A stretch of DNA of 51,997 nt, filler included, from Sphacelaria rigidula (lineage: Eukaryota), in assembly GCA_964200075.2 (NCBI GenBank). It is 3 parts of 3 records of this genome, joined end to end, with 100 filler letters (N's around TTAATTAATTAA, not from the genome) between each part and the next. Parts side by side here need not be neighbours in the genome. Positions count along the whole stretch, not along the records: positions 34,736 to 51,997 come from CAXNAA020001128.1; 2 more parts are not named here. The stretch is one strand, 5' to 3'. Position numbers and translations under genes: made by a program. The notes beneath the pieces were generated by a model. That model saw only the letters and a list, made by a program, of their open reading frames with translations, was not told the DNA's origin and did no database searches. This document shows positions 46,101 to 51,997 of this stretch, in pieces (positions within the stretch are counted from its first letter, which is position 1; each line of letters starts with the position of its first letter).

Positions 46101-49100
46101 AATGACAGAAATATTGCAAGCATCATTCAGAAAAGAGACTGCTGTGGTGCGGGTATCGTCACACACACAGGCCCCTTTGTTGCACTATGGTTGCCTCAAA
46201 GCATAAATTCTGTGTTGTGTAACCTGCCCGATAAATGTTACCAGTAACCGCTGCTGTCTTAAACTACTTTTACCACCGGACAGGTTTTCCCTGTCGAAGG
46301 CGCCGAACTTTTCTTGCGTGCCTTTCAAGGGACTCCTGCAGCCCATGCAAAGCCAGAGCGTGGTGAGGTTCGCCCGTTATATCATTACCTCACACATCTA
46401 GCTGTACTTGACCCTTAGACCGCGAGGATAGTCCATCTGGATCGTCCATATTTTTTTCACGTGAACTTGATGCCGATGCAACAGATGACCTAACCTCGCC
46501 GTCTGAGGGTCAAATAGGTGCAAAATTGCGAGCTAATTTCGAGCATCATTGATTTTGACGGGTCATTCGAATATCTCTTATAATTTGTAGATATAGCTCT
46601 GGTGTGGTATGCTGCTGACAGCGCCAACGACCTTTCTTGAAAAGGTCAGTGCTTCGGCCGAAACGAAAAATAATGCAGTACTTTGTATCCAAATGATCGA
46701 CAGCCCCTCTTATTTCGCTGCTGTACCCGTGGCATCACCATCTCGATTTTTCAGGTCTCCCTCTAGTCCCTACTTTTCTTTTTTTACTCTGTGAGACAAT
46801 GTAAAAACTCCGCCTGACGGTGGCGGCGGTAAATTGCGCTGCAATTACGCGTAATAGTATCCCTCCCCTTCACCTGTGTTCCTCAGCGGTAGTTAATAGG
46901 GCTGTGGCTATGTACACCACGGGTGCGTATTCATTTTCCGTGTTTTTCTGCCATTTTCCGAGAGCTCCTATCGATCTGATGGCCATGTGATCTTTCGCTT
47001 CAAAGCCTTTCATGCGAACACTGAAATCGAGGTGACACCTCGCTTGATAATGACGCGGAAAATGCACGAAAATGGCATGAACGGGGACAAGTTTGGCTCT
47101 GTGTCTACTTGAGAAGTTACACCTTTCCGGAGAACTCGATTGCTACTGGTCCCAAAACAGAAGGCGGAGACGACGAAAACGATGATGATGATGATGGTGA
47201 TGATGATGATGATGGTTATCCTCTCTTCTGCTCGCAAGGTTCTGACGTTCTGTCCAGCTCAATTGGGACACTTTCGGAGCGTGCTACACTTGTCACTGGG
47301 AGGGGATGCTCTGGTGCTGCCCATCAGGGTTATAGGAGAGGCATCCACAGTTGGGATAAAGCAGCCAAGGTACACAACTGACTTGAAAAGAGCGGCTTTA
47401 CAAAAATACACCTTTGGAGCCGTGACGATGACACTTGTACAGTGTATACCTAAACTTATTGAACAATACGTGTGAGTGACAGTGTTGTTCATTGGAACAT
47501 TCATGTTATATCCAAGTAGGAACGGGTGTTGACCGTCTAGGGGGGCCGTGGAGAGAAATATCATATATATATATATATGTATATATGTGTGTGTGGTCGT
47601 AAGTACAATCCAACCTTTTTGAATACGAACAACCAACCATCGAATTTGAGGATGGAGCTTTTCATTGACGATGAGAACCCGGAAAATCAAAAGCTTTGCT
47701 TCCACACCAAATCTTCGAAATATGGTTCTATTCCTTCGACGAGAACAAGCCGAAAACGACACGGTGCGTACCTTTTGTTGGTCATGTTACAATTAAGGAA
47801 GGCCCGCACGTGCGCCCAATATCTCTCCTCTTTTGCTTCACCCTTAAAGACCCGGTGGCATCGATAAACTGCCCGGAGATTTCAAGCCCAAGTTTAACTT
47901 CGTGATGTCGGAGAGCGCCGCGGGAATGAGGAGGGCAGCAGAGAACAAGGCCTGGCGCCGACCGAAGCCTTACGAAACCGTTGATCTGTTGACATCAAAC
48001 AGGTCAGAGCTCCCAAGAGGAATAGCAATCATCATCATCATGTGCATTAACCTGGAAGTACGGAGCCTTCCGATGTCGTCCATGTACTGACGACAAGCAA
48101 GCAGAAAATGTGCTATCTTGACCCCCCAAAAATAGAGTACAAGCCAGTTCCTCGTCTGATACACAGTATACCGGCGAACGTCCGAGTTTTCGTAGTATGT
48201 TGGCGGGCAAGTGATTTGTCTATGTCTGCTGTCTATGATCTAAACAGTAGAGAACACAGGGCTCTGGAAGAGGAGCTCTGATATGCGACGGACACTCGGT
48301 GACGCGCAAGGCGTCGTGTCTACCTCGGGTCAATGTTGAATCACCGGTACTCCGTTTGTCCAAGGTCCCACTTCGCCTACTTTCCGGCCACCTTAGCGTG
48401 AATATGTCGACTGTTCACTCTGACGTCGACCACAACAACGCTGTTCCGGATTTCTGAATTTGACATACTGCCTCCGAATTGATTATACACATTCATACAT
48501 ATTTCGAATTCCAGCTGGGACAGCTCAACTCACTCGCTTGGGGACGTCGGTGGCGTGGACAAGGCATTTGGGAAGCTCACGTTTTCGATGCAGGCGAGCC
48601 GAAAAGTGCCCGAAAATGAATGACTCGGCGAAAATATTATGTGCCTCCGCATTCAAGTTTCCCCCCCCCCGAAAATGATCCCACATGAGAAAATCCATGT
48701 TGCACTAGTTAGTGTGCCATCTATTGGAACCTTCAGCACAGCCTACGTCACGGTCTTGCATTGTGTTGCAAGCTCCATCTGGGATATAGATCCATCCGGG
48801 ATGCGAACGCCCACTTCCGATGTCCATCTATGATCTCACATCCATCTGGATCCCTACATTCATGAGAGATGTTTACAAATAATCTTGCATCCATTCGGCG
48901 TGTCAATACAGCACCTCGGTCTCTGCGTACGGCATGGTATTGTTCCAGCTCGCGCGGATGAAGCTGTATGCCCTGTCAGTGCTGCTTGCACCGTGCTCTA
49001 TCAGCGCACACTACGGTAGCCGATACGCATGCTTTACCAGCGCACACTACACGGCGCTTTACCAGTGCACGATACCCCAGATGTATCCCGTGCCAGCGCA

Positions 49101-51127
49101 CACTGCACGTCGCTAGAACGATAGGCTACATCTATGGCCACTAGCGCACAAACTGTCCACGGGTTCGGGTTCGGGTCTGGGTTGAAGTTGGGTTTGGTTC
49201 CGATTCTTTGCGGGACTCGCCAGGGAAACTAAATCGCCAAGAAGGCAAACTAGTCTCGGCAGGTGAGAGTTCTAAGCCGACGCCTACGTCTGATTGAATG
49301 TCCATTTGGGTTGTACCAGGTCTACATGAACGTCACAGGTGGATGTCCATGTCTTAGACAGATATCTCAGATAGAGATTTCACATGGATACATCAATATT
49401 CCAGGTGCACATCCCAGGCGGATATCTCAGATGTATCCTACTATATCCATCCCAAATGGATCCTGGAATATTCATCCCAGATGCATCCTAGGGTAACCAA
49501 ATGAGCATGCCAGATGGACATGCCAGATGGACACCCACATCCGGGATGGTTATCTCAGGTATATATCCATACCCCAGATGAAGATTCGCGTCCCATATCC
49601 ACATCCCATATCCCATATTCCAGATGTAAATTCATATCCCAGATGGATATTCATGCCTGGGATGGATATTCATATAACCGATGGTTATTCATGCCCCAGA
49701 TGGATACCCCAGGCATACCTCAGAATCCAGTTGGATGCGAAGGCCAACGTTCCAAACAGACGTCCATCTCGGACAAACCAACTCCAAACATAGATATATT
49801 AACGAGATGGATGTCTCAGATGGATATCCATGTCCCAGATAGAGCTTGCACGATACTGCAGGCCTCCCCGTTACGTTTAAGTATTCTTCTCCAGTCGAGA
49901 TCAAATACACATAAATTTATATAGTATGTCGTTTTGGCCCGTTCGGGTTGTTTCGATCATTATCGAACACGATTATACCAATGAAAAGTATTCCCCGTGC
50001 CCGATTTCCTCCACACGATGTACACATAATGAGCGGGAGCAAAATATACGTGAATCCAAACGCAGAGCCAAGGAGTCACGCGTGGGGTGTTGTGGCGTTT
50101 TTAGTTTTTCGCTGCGAGCGCCAAGGAAGCTACTAACCAGATGTGGGAAATTGCCGAAACGTAGCGCTGCCCTGTGTATTCAACGCGTTCAAAGGTATAC
50201 GGAAAGAAGCACGGCATACAGTGGTGGACTAAACAAAAATCGTGTCGAGCCTTTCAAACTACCATATTCAATGGACTGAGGTAGAGCGTACTTCCGAAGA
50301 AGCACAAAGGGGGAAGAAGTGGCATAATTTGGTCGGATGAGCGTCTGATACTACTGTAGGAGAAATGACTATGAGGGTGACATGTGGGAGGTGCTGTCTG
50401 TGTAAGTGCTGTCTACACGACCCAACAAGAAGTATGGCTAGTGTTTGACGTTGCATCCACAGTACTTCTCTTCTTTGGTGATGTACACAGGAATGGAAGC
50501 CTGAGCGTGGAGGCTCAATCAGATCACACGATACAAGACATGTTCATGATACAGTATTCTAACCCGGGGGTTCGCTAAGTACAGCCCAGCGCTGTCCAGC
50601 GCTACAGCCCAGCGCTGTCCAGCGCTGTCCAGCGCAGTACACAATGCAGTAAAATACAGTAAGATGCGGCACGATATAGGCACGATTTCCTAGAGTATCA
50701 CTAAGTTCTTTGTAGATGATTTTTTTCCCCTGTATGTTTCTCTGATCGGGATACTTCATGTGCCCAAACTATTGTTTAGCCATCACTCGTATGTCTCAGA
50801 ATCCCTGTTTTCAACGACAAGACATCAACACTGCTAAAAGATTGAATCTTCTCGAAAGGTGTCTTTACATTTTCATCCTCCACTCCCCCTTGTTTCGTGT
50901 TCCCCACCCGCCCCCCTTCTCCCCCACTCCGGCAACCCCCCACGCCCCTACCCCGGACAGGAACTAGCCCAGCGAGAGGAGAGGAGGAAAGATGTCGATG
51001 CTTGGCTAGCAGTACAGTCTCTCATGCGGGCCAAGACGAAGGCCGAAAAGGAAATCATACGTCGGGCTAGGGTGGAGGGCAAGGACTGGAGGGATCCTGA
51101 GAGAGGTGCTGACATAGGAATGGACAG
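36999..51127 (+). CDS. CFAP47: Cilia- and flagella-associated protein 47 (CFAP47) orthologue, 5' part (13 exons, about 667 aa); the gene continues past the window
   Basis: Hand-built join 36999-37142, 38982-39266, 40094-40282, 40905-41006, 41384-41522, 42655-42869, 44054-44192, 45709-45889, 46284-46362, 47239-47369, 47850-48002, 48515-48593, 50961-51127. All splice phases are compatible and there is no stop. The product is a chain of ASH/PapD-like Ig domains that follows human CFAP47 as I recall it (ITVTPPEVVFED, LAPGLDVRAEVEF, VEVPL, EFGTLHYG, LFNDGP, LALSGRG, FCPAQLGHF, DIGM). The start could instead be the in-frame ATG at 36948 or an upstream exon. Confidence 0.85.
38982..39266 (+). CDS. 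CFAP47: CFAP47 coding exon 2
   Basis: Acceptor CAG|GTG; VVFEDVRAG...VISGKDK; GC donor AAG|GCAAGT. Confidence 0.85.
39521..39852 (-). mobile_element. tRNA-derived SINE, family B (tRNA-Arg(TCT)-like head), in CFAP47 intron 2
   Basis: The minus strand begins GGTCGCCACAGTGGCTCGGTTGGTAACC...CTTCTGA...GTGGGTTCGAATCTC (A box, TCT-centred loop, B box) and ends in a short (CA)n tail. The body matches 8572-8728. Confidence 0.75.
40094..40282 (+). CDS. CFAP47: CFAP47 coding exon 3
   Basis: Acceptor TAG|GTA; VEVPLLAR...LTFSPTE; donor GAG|GTACGC. Confidence 0.85.
40905..41006 (+). CDS. CFAP47: CFAP47 coding exon 4
   Basis: Acceptor CAG|GGT; GILGEG...KARIE; weak donor GAG|GTTTTT; phase 0/0. Confidence 0.65.
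41384..41522 (+). CDS. CFAP47: CFAP47 coding exon 5
   Basis: Acceptor CAG|GTC; VIFDAK...QKLRLLES; donor GCG|GTAGGT, phase 1. Confidence 0.85.
41837..42625 (+). mobile_element. 5'-truncated LINE: C-terminus of the RT ORF with a CCHC finger plus 3' UTR, in CFAP47 intron 5
   Basis: Frameshifted purine-rich coding relic LHGPMDAAKKLKLRFRVGDLDL...CLCGKAIESRSHILAECELYNEER, a C-x-C-x7-H-x4-C finger typical of LINE ORF2 C-termini. A pyrimidine-rich trailer follows. Confidence 0.8.
42655..42869 (+). CDS. CFAP47: CFAP47 coding exon 6
   Basis: Acceptor CAG|TT (phase 1); EFGTLHYG...LFNDGP...QLPFE; donor GAG|GTGAGC. Confidence 0.85.
43767..43984. mobile_element. Possible small MITE in CFAP47 intron 6
   Basis: TGCTGAGATAGCCCCCCC..CAAAAAGTGCAC compared with the reverse complement of the right end, TGCCGAGGTAGCCCCCCCCC..CAAAAACGTGCAC. 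Confidence 0.45.
44054..44192 (+). CDS. CFAP47: CFAP47 coding exon 7
   Basis: Acceptor TTTTTTTCAG|GTG; VEPRDGTIAPYGRQEVVFRFQP; donor CAG|GTACAA, phase 1. Confidence 0.85.
45709..45889 (+). CDS. CFAP47: CFAP47 coding exon 8
   Basis: Acceptor TGCAG|GC; LALSGRG...IRFGSCPCYERRD...KNIGELPV; donor GAG|GTAACA, phase 2. Confidence 0.85.
46284..46362 (+). CDS. CFAP47: CFAP47 coding exon 9
   Basis: Acceptor CAG|G; FSLSKAPNFSCVPFKGLLQPMQSQSV; donor GTG|GTGAGG. Too short for the ORF track. Confidence 0.8.
47181..47213 (+). repeat. (GAT)n microsatellite
   Basis: Directly visible, about 25 nt upstream of the exon 10 acceptor. Confidence 0.95.
47239..47369 (+). CDS. CFAP47: CFAP47 coding exon 10
   Basis: Acceptor AAG|GTT; VLTFCPAQLGHFRSVL...PIRVIGE; donor AAG|GTACAC, phase 2. 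Confidence 0.82.
47640..47740 (+). repeat. Solo decayed arm of the 22712-23152 MITE family
   Basis: AATTTGAGGATGGAGCTTTTCAT...GATGAGAA...TCCACA...TCGAAATATGG resembles that element's inverted-repeat arm. Confidence 0.55.
47850..48002 (+). CDS. CFAP47: CFAP47 coding exon 11
   Basis: Acceptor AAG|A; PGGIDKLPGDFKPKFNFV...PYETVDLLTSN; donor CAG|GTCAGA, phase 2. Confidence 0.8.
48515..48593 (+). CDS. CFAP47: CFAP47 coding exon 12
   Basis: Acceptor TTCCAG|C; WDSSTHSLGDVGGVDKAFGKLTFSMQ; GC donor CAG|GCGAGC. It supplies the required phase 2 to phase 0 link. Confidence 0.7.
48775..49840. repeat. Degenerate CCAGATGGAT minisatellite complex in CFAP47 intron 12
   Basis: Many CCCAGATGGATA-like units in about 49330-49840 and reverse-complement units (TCCATCTGG) at 48775-48895. 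Confidence 0.75.
50961..51127 (+). CDS. CFAP47: CFAP47 coding exon 13
   Basis: Acceptor CAG|GAA after a long pyrimidine tract; ELAQREERR...GADIGMD; donor CAG|GTATTC. Confidence 0.82.
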
Positions 51128-51152
51128 GTATTCTACGATTTCCAGGGGTGCG

Positions 51153-51275
51153 TCGTTGTTGTTGTTGTTGTTGTTGTTGGGGTCGTCGTCGTCGTCGTCG
51201 TCGTCGTCGATCCTGACTCCATTCATCCTTGTTGTAGTTTCGTTTCGTTTCGTTTCGTTTCGTTCTGTTTCGTTC
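51153..51275 (+). repeat. Compound microsatellite (GTT)n(GTC)n...(GTTTC)n
   Basis: Directly visible just inside the intron after exon 13. Confidence 0.95.
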
Positions 51276-51727
51276 TGTTTTATCTATTTTTGCACGGCAT
51301 TTCCACCGGAAGTCGTATGGTACAGGCCTACCGCCTTGTTCTCACCTTCTCTTCGCCAGCTTTCCCCCTTCTCGAGTTTCTTGAGCAAGTGCTTTCGTTT
51401 CTCACCTTGGGTACGCCAATCCTTTCTCCCCACCTAGATTTGTAGCAGATCAGCTCTTGTGTGGCAACAATCCAATCAGCTGGTCAAATGAAATATACTC
51501 ATGCACGAGTCATGCCATAGCGCTTTGCGTTATGTCTTTTCACATTTGTTCTAGTACAATGTCGGGGAATACCGCAGGTGGACGAAGGAAGACCAACCAG
51601 TTCCCAAGCTCCCACCGGCTCAGGACGATCCACTATTCTTGCAGAAACCCTTGGACGGACAGGGCAAGGGAGACGGAGCGTCAGATGTTAAGGTATCCGG
51701 CATTTGCTCCATTGTGACACGACAGCA

Positions 51728-51997
51728 CCCCTTTCCTCCCTCTCCCCAGCCTGGTCCGTCGAGAACCCGGCGTGCTCCGTCCCAACTTTGTAGGGGCGGA
51801 ACCCCCGATGGGGTTGGCGTCGGTTGGCGATAACGCCATAAAACACGCCGCTCCCTGCGTAAGCTAGGCAACCAGGTTGCCGATTGCTTTGCGCGCTTAC
51901 GATGTTTTTGCGGTATCCATGATGGTAGTCGAGCTAGATCATGTTGTGCGGCGTGGGAGGTCCTCAACTCCGCACAATGGGGATGATCGTACTACGT
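51728..51997 (-). mobile_element. Second copy of the 29874-30120 repeat, inside a CFAP47 intron and cut by the window edge
   Basis: The reverse complement reads ACGTAGTACGATCATC...CCTAGCTTACGCAG...CCCCTACAAAGTTGGGACGGAGCACGCCGGGTTCTCGACGGACCAGGC followed by a G-rich tail. Confidence 0.75.

Noticed and set aside
49224-50570. Alternative candidate CFAP47 exons at about 49224-49262 and 50491-50569
   Set aside because: Exon 48515-48593 already gives the required phase change and a plausible LTFSMQ-ELA junction. These candidates show no resemblance to CFAP47 that I can recognise.

Overview
Draft-assembly window from a eukaryotic nuclear genome. It is most likely a brown alga (Phaeophyceae, Ectocarpus-like), judged from the EsV-1-7 repeat gene and a CFAP47 gene with 0.4-2.4 kb introns. 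Main contents: (1) a dead Ty1/copia LTR retrotransposon at 9740-15969, with stops, frameshifts and an apparently truncated 5' LTR with no clear PBS; (2) a minus-strand gene whose long single ORF (23682-25724) is an array of about 12 38-aa EsV-1-7 Cys/His repeats plus a low-complexity tail; (3) the first 13 coding exons (about 667 codons) of a CFAP47 orthologue on the plus strand (about 36999-51127, continuing past the window), reconstructed by hand with consistent splice phases and two GC-AG introns; (4) many small transposon relics: two tRNA-headed SINE families, LINE 3' ends, a hAT/BED-finger relic inserted in a SINE head, and several MITEs with long inverted repeats; (5) tandem repeats and three assembly gaps. 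Much of 1-9.7 kb, 16-22 kb, 26-29 kb and 32-34.6 kb is unassigned. The most interesting signal is the EsV-1-7 array: a near-invariant scaffold with hypervariable, co-varying positions, polar homogenisation and a hidden frameshifted leading repeat. This suggests, but does not show, a modular recognition code. All homology calls come from motif recognition and memory; no searches were run.
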